Source: Lama guanicoe (Eukaryota). Taken from it: a DNA stretch of 64,000 nt. This document shows positions 38,341 to 51,266 of this stretch, one piece after another. Under the pieces are notes generated by a model. That model worked only from the letters and a program-made list of their open reading frames with translations, searched no databases and was not told where the DNA came from. The stretch covers positions 372,001 through 436,000 of the forward strand of contig MU054033.1 in the NCBI GenBank assembly GCA_013239625.1, given 5' to 3'. The number at the start of each line of letters is the position of its first letter. Positions within the stretch are counted from its first letter, which is position 1. Both the position numbers and the translations under genes were made by a program.

Positions 38341-39589
38341 GAAAAGTCTGCAGATAATGAGCTGGCAAAAACCTACATCATTTTTGAAAGGTGAGTTTTA
38401 TTATCTTTAAAAACAAATGCCAGCATTCGTGTTATTGAACTTACTCATGCTTTGATTTGCTCTCAACAACCCATCCTCATATTATATTTGGAAAATAAAA
38501 ACCCACCTTACAATGTAGATACGCTAAAGAAACTGCTTTCTTAGGGAGCTGCTCGCGGTCAACTACAGTTATTTTCCAATAACTATATTTCGATTTGACC
38601 TTTGAAGGAAATTATCTGGGACAAAAAAGGCTTGCTTTTCTAGCACTTAGAGTCCTTTATCTCATTTTTAAAAATAAAAACCGTTCATGTGTAGTCATCG
38701 GCACAAAGAAATAGCATGTTGCGGTGCACACAGTCTTGGGAAACCACTTTCAGAGAATGTCTTGGGGCTGGAATGGGCATCATGTTTATGGGCAAGAAAA
38801 AACAGTGCTCATCAGGGCCACCTCCCACACACACGCTAAGAACCTGTTTATGATTGTGATTCAGGCTTGTCGCCGTCAGAGGCAAGCAGAAAACAATGTT
38901 CAACTGCTTTTGATTGCAAGTAAAAAAAAAAAGACCTCCCATTGTAATTATGGACTTTAGCATTGCTGCCAAAGACTATTCACCAATGCACCAAAATCCC
39001 GCCGATAAATGACCATGGACCATGGTAATGCTCTTGGCACCAGATCAAATCATCCAAAGTTATAAATGACATCCCTTCCTTCAAGAAGGAGATGCTTAAG
39101 GAAGACATGGAAAAGGATAAATGTGAAGATTTTCCCCATGTGCCCAGTCGTTTCGCCATCATGATATTAACAGTTGCCATTCCAACGAGCGGACGAGGTG
39201 TGCCAGCCTTGATCTGTGCCCCACACACGCTGCTCCCCTTCAGCCCAACCACCACCCTCAGGGGAGGAGGTCTGTGTTTGCCTTGGAGTGTCAGAGGATT
39301 TGGGGGCTCGGGGCTGATGATGGCAGAGTTTAGGTCTTCTGTCTCCGAAGTCGATTATCTTCTCTGCTGACTCCCTTCCCAACAAATCGCATTAAAGAAC
39401 AATAATTCGATTACCTTGAGGAACTTCTATCCCAAGAAAGTTAAGAGTGTACAAGGTTGAAAATAAGTCTGCACCAAGATGTGTTTGTGCTGTCCCATGA
39501 AAAATATCGTAAAACCCGAAAAAAAATTTCTAATAAAACAAAATGTAGTAGTTATTATGGTCTGGGCACTGATTTCTAGTTTTATGTAG

Positions 39590-39760
39590 GAACTCCCTAA
39601 GGTTCGCAAGAGCCATGTGAAGGATGTTCTGTGTACCATTCCCTTCCACAGATGAGGAAACTGGCCCAGGCAGGGTCAGTTGGCTGCCCAAGGACCCACG
39701 GCGAGTGGTGATGGAGGATCAGGAGCTCCGAGCTGAGTCCGGATTCAGAGTCTGCACCTC
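39590..39760 (-). mobile_element. MIR SINE fragment
   Basis: acagatgaggaaactggcccaggcagggtcagttggctgcccaaggacccac. Confidence 0.7.
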
Positions 39761-40809
39761 TCTCAGTGTAACAGGAACAGTCGACAAAGAACAGCTGAAG
39801 AACGGCTGATACCCAGATGCACGCTGCTGGCTCTGGTGGCGTCTGCAGAAGGCTGGTTCTTTTGACGGTCCCCAGGGTGAGTCTCATCAAAGCATCGCTC
39901 GGGAATTTCTTTGGAACGTTTCTCCGAAGAGCACTTCATAGAAAGAGAAGGAAACCTGGATAAGATGCAGACCCAGGAAAGACTGAGAATGCCTCTTGGT
40001 GCTGTGGCCTCTGCCTCCTTCCAGGGACGGCTGGCCCCGCAGTCCTGAACGCCAGGGGACTGCAGAAGTTCGGCCATGAACTTGGCCTCCTTAAGAGGAC
40101 GCCCGGGAGCCATCCCCGCCAGTCCCCTGACCACGCAGGAGAACGCTTCCCCTCTTCCCCTGGAGCCCCTGGTTGGTTCTTTACCTTGAGGACACTTGGT
40201 GGTGTCGCTGATTGCCCTGGGCTCCTAGTGCCAGCTGCTGAAAGCAGAATCAAGCCGCAACTGCCCTGTAACGTGTGCCTGTGGGTGAGTTTTGGGAACT
40301 GAGCTGGCCCCTGACACCCTGCTCTTATTCTCCTGTCCCATTTCCCTTCCATTAAAAAAAAAACTTCCATTAAAAAAAAAACTTAATTTTGTTAGTATTT
40401 TTGTAAACTGCCTTGAATCTTTATTTGAATAGGTCTAGTTACAAGTATTTAAACAGTTTTCTATTTTGTTTTATATCAGCACGGGTGTCTGATTTTCATT
40501 CTCCTTTTCTGTCTCCACCTGGGCTACAGGGCAAATGAATTTTGGATAAAATGTTGTCATGCAGTTCTGCTAGGCAGAAATCAAAAAGAAAACATATCAA
40601 TCCTTGATGTAATTTCTAGCTTCTGGCTCAAGAATCTTCTCGAAGAAAGCTTTTTCTCCTGGCCCTGGACTGTTAAACACAGGTCAGGCCATACCCTGCA
40701 CACCTGTTAAGTCAAGTGCACTTTTCACCTCTTATGTTCCAGACAGCGAGGTGGTGAATTCAGGGGGAGGCGTAGGAACAGAGACAACAGCAATGTCGTC
40801 TTCTGTCTG

Positions 40810-40985
40810 TCTGCTCATTCACATCTTCATTTATCCAACAGGTATTTATTTTCGAGTACTTTCCATCATATGGTGCATGTTTTATCTAAGTGCTTGGTAT
40901 ACACCAGGGAATAAATGAGGCAGAAATCCCTGCCCTGCAGAGCTCACCTAACAGGAGGGAGAGGAAAGAGAAACAATAAATATCG
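40810..40985 (-). mobile_element. L2 3' end
   Basis: cattcac...ttcatttatccaacaggtatttatt...aaatccctgccctgcagagctcac. Confidence 0.7.
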
Positions 40986-41035
40986 AAATGAGTATACAGG
41001 TAAACATGCAGGAAAAACTAACCAATAAATAAATA

Positions 41036-41355
41036 CAGGATTAGCAAACTATGGGCCAAATCCCACCCTCTCCCTGTTTTCGTGCAATGGCTAAGCATGG
41101 GTTTTCCGTTGTCAAATAGTTGAAAGATTATCAAAATAAGAATAGTATCTTGTGACATGTGAAAATGCTATGAATTACACATTTCAGTGTCTGCAAACAG
41201 AGTTCTTGGAACCCAGCCATGCTCATTCATTTACATGGTGTGTTTGGCTTTTTTGGCCTGAAAACAGCAGTTGAGTACTTTCAACAGAGGCTGGAGGACC
41301 TCCCCAGACAAACATATGTACAATCGGGCCCTTTACAGAAAAGCTTTGCTGCCTG
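41036..41355 (+). mobile_element. MER58B (hAT-Charlie) DNA transposon
   Basis: gcaaactatgggccaaatcc...ttgtgacatgtgaaaat...cagccatgctcattcatttac...ggccctttacagaaaag. Confidence 0.85.
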
Positions 41356-42671
41356 TGCTGTGAATGGTGACCTCTGACCACAGGGTAAAATAATTATAAT
41401 TAGTAATAACATCACTAAAGTTATAAAATATATAGAACCAATTAAGAAAACTACATATCAAAACATGTTTAAAAAATGTGTCCAGAGAAACAGTCAATAG
41501 AATTAAATAAATTTCTTAAAAAGGAAAAAAGAGACTTGAAAACTAATGAGTTAAGTATTCAACTCAGAAAGTTAAAAGAGAGAGAGAAGGAAAGTCAATC
41601 AAAATTAAGAAATACCAAAAGTAGTGGAGAAAATTAACGAAAGCAGAAGCTAAGTTTTGAAAAGAATCGAAGTCCACAAACCCTGGAAGGTTTATTGAGG
41701 AAGAAAAGAACAAACAACAAAGGCCACTGGAAGGAAAACAAGACTTCGATGCAGCTGAACCATGGGTGAAAAATCATCACCAAATGTGATGACAACATTA
41801 TGCCAATAAATTTTAAAACTTAGACAAAATGGTTATTCTCTAGAAAAATATGCACTGTCAAAATTGGCTATAGAATAAACTAAAAACCCAAAGAGACCTA
41901 TAACCATGAAAGAAATTAAATCAAAATCATTGAACAAACAGAACAAATCTCAGATGATTTAATCAGTGAGATTTACTGAATTTTCCAAGGACAGATAATT
42001 TTTAATCATCTAAGATTGCTTGGCAGAAAAGCAATAGAGAGGAACCCCAACAAGGCAAACAGGCTAATCTCATTATGAAATATAAATACAAAAATCCTTA
42101 AAAAAATTTACAAACTTACATGGTTCAATGTTGAACATATAACTCATATGTACACTTCCCCAGAAAAATTGGAAAGAATAACATTAGGAAATTTGTTAAT
42201 GTAATTAATCATGTTAAAGATTAAATAAGGAAAAGCATGTGATCCTCAAAAGATGCAGAAAAAAGGCATTTGATGAAATTCTACACGTATTCATGATGCG
42301 ACACTTTAAGGCGCTAGTAATAGAACGGCATTTCCATGGCGGGTAAACATTATCTACTGAAAACCTGCTGCAAATAGTACCATTTCACAGACAACAGATC
42401 AGAAGCGGGCTCTTTGAAATCGGGTGGGAAGTGCGGCTGGCCACTCTCACAGTTCCAGTCAGCGCTGACCCGCAGGGCCTGCCCAGCACAACACAATGGG
42501 GAAGGAGACAGAAGAATTGGAAAGAGGAACAAAAATCAAAGCCATCTTCTGCAGGTGATACATTGTTTATATAGAAAGTGCAAGGTAAAGCGGAGACAGA
42601 CGCATGGCCACAGACGAGTGGAGTTCTCATGATATACGAAGATTTGAGCAGATCAGTAACACAAGGACCAT

Positions 42672-43012
42672 CTCAGTCCCTTGGGGCTGCTATACCAGAA
42701 TGCCGTTGACTGGCTGGATCACAAACAGCAGAGGTTTATTTCTTACGGCTGCGGCGGCTGGGAGTTCAAGATCAAGGTGCCAGTGGACTTGGTGTCTGGC
42801 GAGGGGTGCTTGCTGGAGCTGCGCCCTCACGTGGTGGTGGGGTGAGGGAGCCCTCTGGGGTCTCTCCTAAGGGCACTAACCCCATTCAGGAGGGCTCCAC
42901 CCTCACCACTTAATCACCTGCCAAATGTCCCAACTCCAAATACCATCCCATGGGCATTAGGTCTCCACATATGAATTTTGGGATTTGGGGCACGTAAACA
43001 CTCAGCAACAGT
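42672..43012 (-). mobile_element. MaLR LTR (MLT1A/MST-like)
   Basis: gggctgctataccagaatgcc...gttcaagatcaaggtgccag...gggctccacc...taatcacctgccaaa...catatgaattttggg. Confidence 0.85.
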
Positions 43013-43446
43013 GAAATAAAAAAAAAAAAGGACAAAAGAAGGGGTCGTTCTTGGAAAAGAAAACCTGAATGAATGTGTGGGAGAGGCTTAACCCCACCAG
43101 AAATCCTGAGATGTACACGGTGAGCGAAATCCTTTGCACCCATCAGGCTGGAAGAGTATTGACTCTGATAATCTGAAGTGTTGGAAGGACGGGGAGTGGC
43201 AGGAGGTTCGGCCACGTTGAGGGAGCGACCCCCCAGGTCCAGTGCTGGGTATACGTTAGAGGAATCCGCAAACGGTCGCACGGAGACCTAACAGAGGTGT
43301 GTACGCGGAACAGCAAAAACCTGAAAACCACCCAGCTGTGCACCTGCATGGAGGTGGATCAACAAACTGTCATATATTCGTACAACGCAGTCATGTTAAT
43401 TAGTGAGAATGAGTGAGCGTAACCATTGGAACCGACATAAGCCACC

Positions 43447-43596
43447 TTTTCTTTTTTAAACTTTTTTTATTGAGTTAGTCAGTTTACAATGTTGTGTCAA
43501 ATCCCAGTGTAGAGCACAATTTTTCAGTTATACATGAACATACATACATTCATTGTCACATTCCTTTCCGCTGTGAGCTACCACCAGATCTTGTAG
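43447..43596 (-). mobile_element. Short camelid-type L1 3' tail
   Basis: ttttattgagttagtcagtttacaatgttgtgtcaaat...cattgtcaca. Imperfect TSD aagcca(c/t)ctt. Confidence 0.85.
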
Positions 43597-44439
43597 ACAC
43601 AAAGCCATCTTGAGAACACTTGATGAGTGGGAACAGTCAATTACAGTAAAGGAATGTGTACTTTCCTACAAATTTAAAACACACACTGTGATACTATGCA
43701 TTGGATCCCATAACAGAGGTGGGGTTATAAAAACAGGGGTCAGAGAAATCCCTGTGCAGCTCAGGAGAGGGGTTCCTTCCAGGGAGGAAGGGGCGTGGGT
43801 CTCACCGGTACAGGTGAGGGCACACTGAAGGAACTAGTCATTGTGGCAAAGAGTTACCGTGCGACTCACAGTGGTGAGTAGGTGATACGCTATTGCCTGA
43901 ACTTTTGCTTGATTTATTTTCTGTGGAAGAAGAAGAAAGAGAAGGGAGGGAGGGCCGAGTTCACGGCAGGTGGGAGGGGCTGGTTCCCTGCGCTTCCCCT
44001 GGGGTCCCGCGTTTGCAGCCCTGCTCTGCAAAGATGGACCAGTGAAAACCCTCAAGCAGGCCTAGTGAGGAGGTGGGGGACGCTCCCGGGGCTGCCGGGG
44101 CCGGGGCTGGGGGAGTGAGGCTGGGCCCTCGGGCTCAGGCGGACCCCTTGGAGGAGACCTAGGCCTCACACGGGCTCTATTTCCCTGTAGGAAGGAAAAA
44201 AATGAAACAGAAAACAAAGCACTGGCTGGGGTGCACAGCCCTTTCTAAGGCCCATTGTGGGCGGTGCTTCCAGGAGCCAAAGGTCTGGGGGGGGCCGGAA
44301 CCCTTAACCTTATGTCTACGGCAGGGTTTCTTGGGTGGAGCAGCGTTGGAACCTCCTGGAGGGTTTGTGAGAGCAGGGACCCTGGCCCGTCAGAGGCCCT
44401 GACTCAGCAGGCACAGGGTGGGCCCCACAAAGTGCATTT

Positions 44440-44615
44440 CTTCTTCTTCTTTTTTAAATAATTGGGATAATTTATTTATTGATCAATTGATTGATCGACC
44501 GATTGAACTTTGACTGATTTAGCTGAAGTACAGTCAATGACGATGCGTCAGCCTCTGGCGCACAGCACGATGCCCCAGCCATGCATGTACAAACATATGT
44601 TCGTTTTCATATTTC
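44440..44615 (-). mobile_element. Short L1 3' tail with (GATT)n-like decayed tail
   Basis: ctgaagtacagtcaatgacgatgcgtcagcctctggcgcacagcacgatg...tcgttttcatatt resembles 52383-52480. Confidence 0.75.
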
Positions 44616-46819
44616 TAGCAAGTTCGCAGCCTGCTGGCCCAGGGGACACACTCTGAGAAACACTGCGCTCAACACAGTATCCTGCACCCACTGGCAGCTG
44701 TCTGCACTGCCCTTCTCCTCTTGGGGTGGGGAGGGGGAAGAAAGAGGACAGGGACTCGGCGTGTTCCATGAACTAAACACAGGGAGGGAGGAGGCAGGAG
44801 GACAGACCCCCACACAGGGCAGATGTGGGCCTGGGGTCCCTCTGGGGTCCCGCTCGCCTGGGCAGGAGGAGGGGACGTCCAGAAGGAGGCTCCGGCCTGA
44901 CGTTTACTCCTGCAGCCTCAAGATGATGATGCTCAGATGGGGCCTCAGAAGCTCGGGGTGTAAAGCGGACACCTTCCCTGCAGCCTCACAGCATTCACGA
45001 AGCCACGCCAGTGAGCTCTTTCTCTCCCTCTTGCTTCTCAGTCTCGGCCAGATCCGGCTCTCCATCTTCCCCAGGCATCAAGGGACCTTCCACAGGTGTG
45101 GAGGAAGACAGCGCCGCATAAGAAAGAAGGGCTGAGAAAGAAAAAGAAAGAAACTTAGCTTCTCTCCCAGCTTTCAGCACCCGGTTGGGGCTGTTGGCCA
45201 TTAGGAACTGTGGGAGTTTACATAGTATGATGTCCTTTTGACAGCTGCCATGGAGATACGCGCAGAACTGAATCATCATGAGTGCAGTGAGGTCTCCGTG
45301 TCGTGCCATGTGGAGGGAATTTTGTTTCAATGCGACACTGCAGTAAACCACTGAGGCCTCCCTGCAGCAGCAGCGCATGGCCGGAAAGAGATGCTCTGGG
45401 AAGCCCCGAGGGGAGGGCTTAGGTGCTGGATGCGTCCCCACCTCACGCCCCGATGCCCCTCGAATGGCCCTGGGCCTCGCCCCTCGCGGCTGAGGTAGGT
45501 GTTTTGAGTGCTTGGAAATACCAAGAGCAAATGGAGCTCATGGTGTGTCTTCTGGACATTGGAACGAACACACTGCCAGGGGCCCGCAGTCACAGACACA
45601 GAGACGATGCGACAGTGATCTGAGGCAGCTTGCTGCAACCACGTGCGTGGAACCAGCTGGCCCTGCCACCCCCTGCTCGTCTGTCCCCAGGGCAGAGATG
45701 TCAGCGGCGGTCCCGCTTGCCCCGGACCCCTTCCCCAGCCTGCTTGCCCCCTGCCCTCAACTTCGTACCGCAAGCTTGTGTGTGAGGCTCTCGGGATGGT
45801 GCGCACGGCAGGAACGCCTGCCTGCTCGGGGATCTGCAGGCTCCGGGACATCCCCTCGGCACCCACACTGGGGACTCCCGTGCGCTCACGCTCGCATCCT
45901 GCGGGCAGCGTCTTGTCCTCAGTGCTCCTGGGTCCCCCTGTGATGAGCCGATGTGTTGATTAGAAGGTAGCCAGGGGGCTGCACCGTCCAGTGCCCCAGC
46001 TTGGAGGACAGGAGCAGAGGCACTAGGACTTCGAACAGCCCAGGGCTCTCAGCCCTGCCGCGCCCGCTCAGGGACCAAGACCCGCGCTCTACCCCAGGGC
46101 CACGAGGGGCGAAGGGCGGAGCGGGGCCCGACCAGAGCCGCAGTCTGACCTTCCAGGTCGGGGGTGAGTGTGCCCCGAGGGAACTGAGGCCGCCCAGGAC
46201 CCCCTTCCTAGGACCCCCTTAGCTTGTCACCCCACTTTAATTTTCTACCAGGAACTCCTCCCCCTGCCTCACCTTGCCATTTATGCTGTAATTTATTGAT
46301 GTCAAAAATGCTGCCATCTGGGGCCAGGGAGGGTCCCCAGGGCTCCCTCCTTCCACTTGGCAGGGCTCCGTGGGACCAGGTGCAGAGGGGAATCTGTCTG
46401 TCCCCCACTCATCCCTGGCTTTCCCTCTCCTCCTTTGGGGGACCCCAGGCTGGGCACGGGTCCACTCACAGGCACCTCGAGGGGGAGGGGTGGGTTACAG
46501 CTGTTTTGTTTAATTGGAGCTGGGAGAGGGGTCGTCTCCTTACACCCCTTCCCAGAAAGGGGGAAGGAACCACGATCACACTCCTGTACTGGCCACCACC
46601 GCTGTCCGTCATCACACTGAGTTCACTTCCCTCGAGAGTTTGGATGAATTCCGGTCAGAGCTGCAGGTCCGCAGCCCTCAAGTGTTCTACTAAAGCAGTT
46701 CACTGCTCTCTCCTTTCAGAAGCGAGCAGTCGTAATGTACAGTGATGAGAAACTGTTACTTTGTGATTTTTTTTCATTAAAATCTTGATTGAGAACTCAA
46801 AAAAAAAAGTGGCCAGTGG

Positions 46820-47048
46820 TAATCGCTAGGTCCCTCCATGATGTTGCAAATGGCATTACTTCACTCTTTTTTATGGCTGAGTAGTATTCCATTGTATGTG
46901 AGTGTGTGTAAAAATTGCATCTTTATCCAGTTTAGGCTGTCTCCACGTCTTGGCTGTTGTGAACAGTGCTGCTGTGGACATTAGGGTGCAGGTGTCTTTT
47001 CAAATTAGAATTTCCTCCAGATACACTTCAATTTAAAAAAAAAAAAAA
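46820..47048. mobile_element. 5'-inverted L1 fragment (minus-strand body + plus-strand poly(A) end)
   Basis: 46820-47021 is antisense L1 (ttatggctgagtagtattccattg). It is followed directly by sense tacacttcaattt plus an A run. Confidence 0.8.
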
Positions 47049-48019
47049 GCAAGCTCCCTCTGGGCCCTGGTGGACAAGCCGTAACTCACAGCCCTGCCTC
47101 CACGTTTGCGGGGGGATCTCAGGCCCAGGGGACCCGCTAGCCTAGGAGTCCCGTGTGTAATCAGGCATTTGTGTGACGGTTGTTAGCTACCACGTTAATT
47201 CTGTCTGGGAGCTGCGGCTCCCCCTAAGACACTCCGTCCCGCCGAGGCCTCCTAGCGCAGAGCTTAGCTGGTGTTTTCTTCGTTTTTTTCTTGTCTGAAA
47301 GTGTTCTTTGTTAACCAGGGCCCTTTGTTGAGTTTTAATGGTCAAATTAACATCATCCGTCACCCTCTGGCAACGCTTCCCAAGTTCCACAAGCTGAGAT
47401 TCGCTCCAACGGCGAGAGTGACATGCTGGGCCTGGGTGTGTGCAGACGGCAGGGCTGATGCTCGGCCGGAGAGCCAGCCGGGCCGCTCTGGCTGCAGCCG
47501 ACCACATCAAAGCCCTCTCTGTGAAGTACCGTCCCAGGCTGGGCCGTCGCTCCAGGTTCTGCAGGGACTTGCTTCACCCCCTGGACCAGCATCACCTCCA
47601 GTCCAGACGTCATTAAACTCGTCCTCGGAAAACAGGCTGTGGACCTTCCCGCGCTGGTGTTGAGAACCAGCGTGGGCACATTTGGCCCGGTGAAGATCGT
47701 TCTAAAGAAGGCCCCCATCTAGTGGAGAGTTGTTTTTGGCTGATGCACTCGGGATTTGTAATCAAGAAGACGGATTCGTTTACTGAACTCTGACACAGCT
47801 GCTCAATACGACCTGGAGCCACGACCTTATCTCGGCGTTTCCCGTGTTGTCGCTGGCACCCGTCTGCCGCCTCCATCATCCACCTCCGGCCTCAAGCTCA
47901 GTACTGACACGCCGATCAGGCCGATCAGGTGTCCGGGGCTGCTTCCTGTGTGTCCTGACCAGCATGGCCATCCTTTCTCCAATGAAACCGACATGTGTTG
48001 CCAAGATAGTAACAGCCAA

Positions 48020-48200
48020 CCATTATTCAGTTCTCATTACGTGTCAGGCACCGGGTTAGGGACTTGATGCAAATTGGTTCCTCGCAGCAACTGTCTGAGA
48101 CGCAGGTACTGCTGTCATTCCCAAGGGACAGCTGAACAACAGAGGGGAGAGGGGTCGGATGGCACCCCGTTGTTCACAAACCTGGCTGAAACTGACGTCA
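48020..48200 (-). mobile_element. MIR SINE fragment
   Basis: attacgtgtcaggcacc...ttcctcgcagcaactgtctgagacgcaggtactgctgtcattccc. Confidence 0.55.
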
Positions 48201-48464
48201 GCTCTGACAGCACCCAAACCTGGACCTACCTTCCTGGGGCCAGTGGCTGCTGGCCCCCTCCCTGCACAGGAGGCGCTGCTGGGGCCTCACTTGACACAAA
48301 GAAGCTCTTGCTGTCACCTTGAGATGTTAGCAGGTGGTGACGAGTCTCTGATTCCTTGGTTCAACCTGCATAATGTACTGTTCGCAGCCTCCTGGACGAG
48401 ACGGATATTGGAGGCTGCAGACTGGACTTACGCCGAGATGCTTTGGACCCTGGTGGCCAAAGTC

Positions 48465-48600
48465 TGAACCTTGACTCTGCTACCAACTAGCTGTGCGCCC
48501 TTGGTTAGTGTCGCCACTGGTAACATGGGGGTGATAGTAACACTTCACCCATGAGGTTGTTAGAAGGAATAATTGAGAAAAAGCACCTAAGGTTGATTGA
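48465..48600 (+). mobile_element. MIR SINE fragment
   Basis: ctctgctaccaactagctgtgcgcccttgg...taacatgggggtgatagtaacacttcacccatgaggttgtt. Confidence 0.65.
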
Positions 48601-49789
48601 GGGCCACAAAAACGGTAGTTCCTTTTAAATGCTAAACCTTTAAGAACTGGCCCTGTCCTAAAGAGTAAGCTCATCTCGGGCTTCAAGTAACGCTGTAACT
48701 GGAAATTATTTTATGTTTATGAATGTTTGAAAAATAAAGCTCCTTGTGACAACACCGTAGCGGCGTTAACTTTTCCAGCACGCGAAGGCAGGCTACGGGA
48801 GGAATCCCGTCTCAGGCCTCGGAGGGGTGAGATTTGCCTTCATGAGCCCATGTGCTTTGGGCGGGATTTGATGGGTGCCCCCAAGGGCCGCATTAGCTGC
48901 TCCCGCCTGCTGAGGGGACAGCGTGAAGAGAGCCACGGGCAGAAGCCGCTCACTACACCCTCCTCTGGGCCAGCGTCCCCCAGCCACGCTTTCTACTTCC
49001 ACAGCTGCCCAGACAGTCGTCCAGGTTGGCACCAAGAGCCCATCGCTTTGCCAAAGGGGAGAGTCAGGCAGATGAGTGTGCCCCCGCCCGTCGGCCAGGC
49101 TCAAGGGCCAAGCGCACCCTACAGCCGTTTCTCTGGTGGACACACAGCCCTTTCCCTCCGCCGTGCAGGGAAGCACATAGAAGCCAAGCAGAGATGCTGG
49201 GAACCCTTTTTTCTGCTTCCATCCAGACCCAAGGGTGGCTGCTGTTCTCATGTTTCGGCGAATGTATTCCTCAAAATAGCAACCGCAGGGTATTTTACAG
49301 CATCCCCGATGGCGTCAGCCCTGCTTGCCGAGACTGCGTGTTCCAGCACCTGTCAGGAAGGGGCGTGGATGGGCAGCAATGAGAAAGCCAGGCCGGCGGA
49401 GGGGAAGTCCTGAGGACTGCAGAGCTGCGTGGGCAGGAGGAACAGAAACTGAGTTCTCCGTGGAGGGCCTTTGGAAGACCACAGCTGGTGTCCAGACATT
49501 GATGCCATCAATGGAGGACCTTTGCAAGCCCACAGCTGGTGGCAGCCAGGGCTCCAGGAGGCAGCTCATGGAGCAGATGCTGGGATCCAGGGCCCAGGAA
49601 TAGGGAAGATGCAGTGATCCAGGCAGGCTACTGGCAACCGTGGATCTTGAGTGCAGAGGTGGGAGCTGGCAAGGGCAGGGCCCAGGTGCCAGCGGACTGT
49701 GGTGGGTGCTTCATTATAGAGACGAAGTGTAATCCAGGCCCCAGAGGGGCACCAAGCTCCCAAGAGACTTGCCACAAGTTCACACTTCA

Positions 49790-49995
49790 TATATCCATTT
49801 GTCATCCATCCCTCCATCCATCCATCTGTCCATCTGTCTCTCTATCCACTCACCCACCCATTCATTTATCCGTCACTCACTCATCCATCCATTACATTCT
49901 TTTTAATCCTTCATCATAGCACTGGGTATAAAAGAAAAAGATAAAAGATAAAATTGAATTTCTCCTCTTATAGTTCATAGCCCAATGGGAGGACA
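49790..49995 (-). repeat. (CATC)n-like simple repeat grading into an L2 3' end
   Basis: catccatccctccatccatccatc...cactcatccatccatt...ggcactggg...agttcatagcccaatggga. Confidence 0.65.
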
Positions 49996-50258
49996 ATATT
50001 GAGTCATTTGACCCAAAGAAATTCTGTCTCCCCAGTGACTCCCACCTCTTGCCTCCCCGTGGGAGTAGTTAAGGGTCATGCCCACTATATTTCAAGAACC
50101 AGGGAGAGGAAGGCTGGGAACGCAGCGGCCAAGCAGTTCATCATAACGTTTCCGCAGTGGAATGTGGGATCCACTGGAGGGTGTCTTAACCCTTCCTGTC
50201 CATTAAAAATAATAAGATCTAGTAGTGACGAGAAGAGAACGGAAATTCAGATACCCAG

Positions 50259-50355
50259 TATATTAGTTTTCTATTGATGCAAAAAATTTACTACAAATTC
50301 AGCAGGTTGAAACAACAAACATTTATTATTTCATACTTTCTGTGGGTCAAGAGGA
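50259..50355 (-). mobile_element. MLT1-type LTR fragment
   Basis: tattagttttctattgatgc...gaaacaacaaacatttattatttcatactttctgtgggtca. Confidence 0.7.
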
Positions 50356-50759
50356 TGAGATTTCCTGACCCCAGATTCACGGAGCTAATGACAGCATTTC
50401 CAATTACCCACCTGCATATGTAGGTATTGTACACGTGTAGTTATCTCTGACCTGAGACACCACCGAGCGAGCAGGGTTTTTCAGATGTGGGAACTGAGAC
50501 GCAGAGAAAGTCTCCCCACTTCCTGTTATGCATTCTTGAAAAGCAAGCCAGGTGGGTAACCCACAAGCCCGGGTTTGGCAGGAAGGGGCAGGGGGTGGGG
50601 GAGACTGGGGTCGTCTGGGATAAAGGGGAGTAGACAGGCCGGGACTGTCAGGGTACAGAGCAGCCAGCCTTTTCTCAGGCCTGGATTGTTAATGCCAACA
50701 TCATCCTTAATAGTAGAAAAAACAAAACAAAATAAACCACAAAAAACCCACAAAACACA

Positions 50760-51080
50760 CACCAGAAAACCCTCAAAAAGATAATGCTCCTCAATGTTCA
50801 CAGCAGCACTATTTACCACAGCCAAGACATGGGAACAGCCTGAACGTCCATCGACAGAGGACTGGATAAAGAAGCTGTGGTGTATTTATACAATGGAGTA
50901 CTACTCAGCCATAAAAAGAATAAAGTAATGCCATTTGCAGCAACATGGATGGACCTGGAGATCATCATTCTAAGTGAAGTGAACCAGAAAGAGAAAGAAA
51001 AATATAATATGATATCACTCATATGTGGAATCTAAAAAAAAAGACAGAAATGAACTTATTTACAAAACAGAAACAGACTG
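50760..51080 (+). mobile_element. L1 ORF2 C-terminus / 3' UTR fragment
   Basis: caatgttcacagcagcactattt...gccatttgcagcaacatggatggacctggaga...ttacaaaacagaaacagact. Confidence 0.92.
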
Positions 51081-51164
51081 GAGGGCCACTCTCTGTCTTC
51101 TCCGTGGCTTGCTGGTGGGAGCATTCTGTCTAGGTTCCCTTACCCGGATGGATCAAAGCGGCAG

Positions 51165-51266
51165 CCTTAGGCATCCAAAGACCTCTCGAGCCCATGAGAG
51201 TCCCCGGATCCCCTGCCTTAGGCATCCAAAGACCTCTCGAGCCCATGAGAGTCCCCGGATCCCCTG
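51165..51266. repeat. Perfect 51-bp tandem duplication
   Basis: ccttaggcatccaaagacctctcgagcccatgagagtccccggatcccctg at 51165-51215 and 51216-51266. Confidence 0.97.

Larger units (their letters stand above)
41420..43905 (+). mobile_element. Decayed L1ME-type ORF2 and 3' UTR, interrupted by an MLT1 LTR and a short L1 tail
   Basis: atgccaataaattttaaaacttagacaaaatgg, agatgcagaaaaaaggcatttgatgaaatt, ccactctcac, aacaaactgtcatatattc. Confidence 0.78.

Noticed and set aside
48727..49413. Longest ORF in the track (228 aa)
   Set aside because: Non-ATG start, GC-rich low-information composition, overlapping ORFs on both strands and no recognisable domain.
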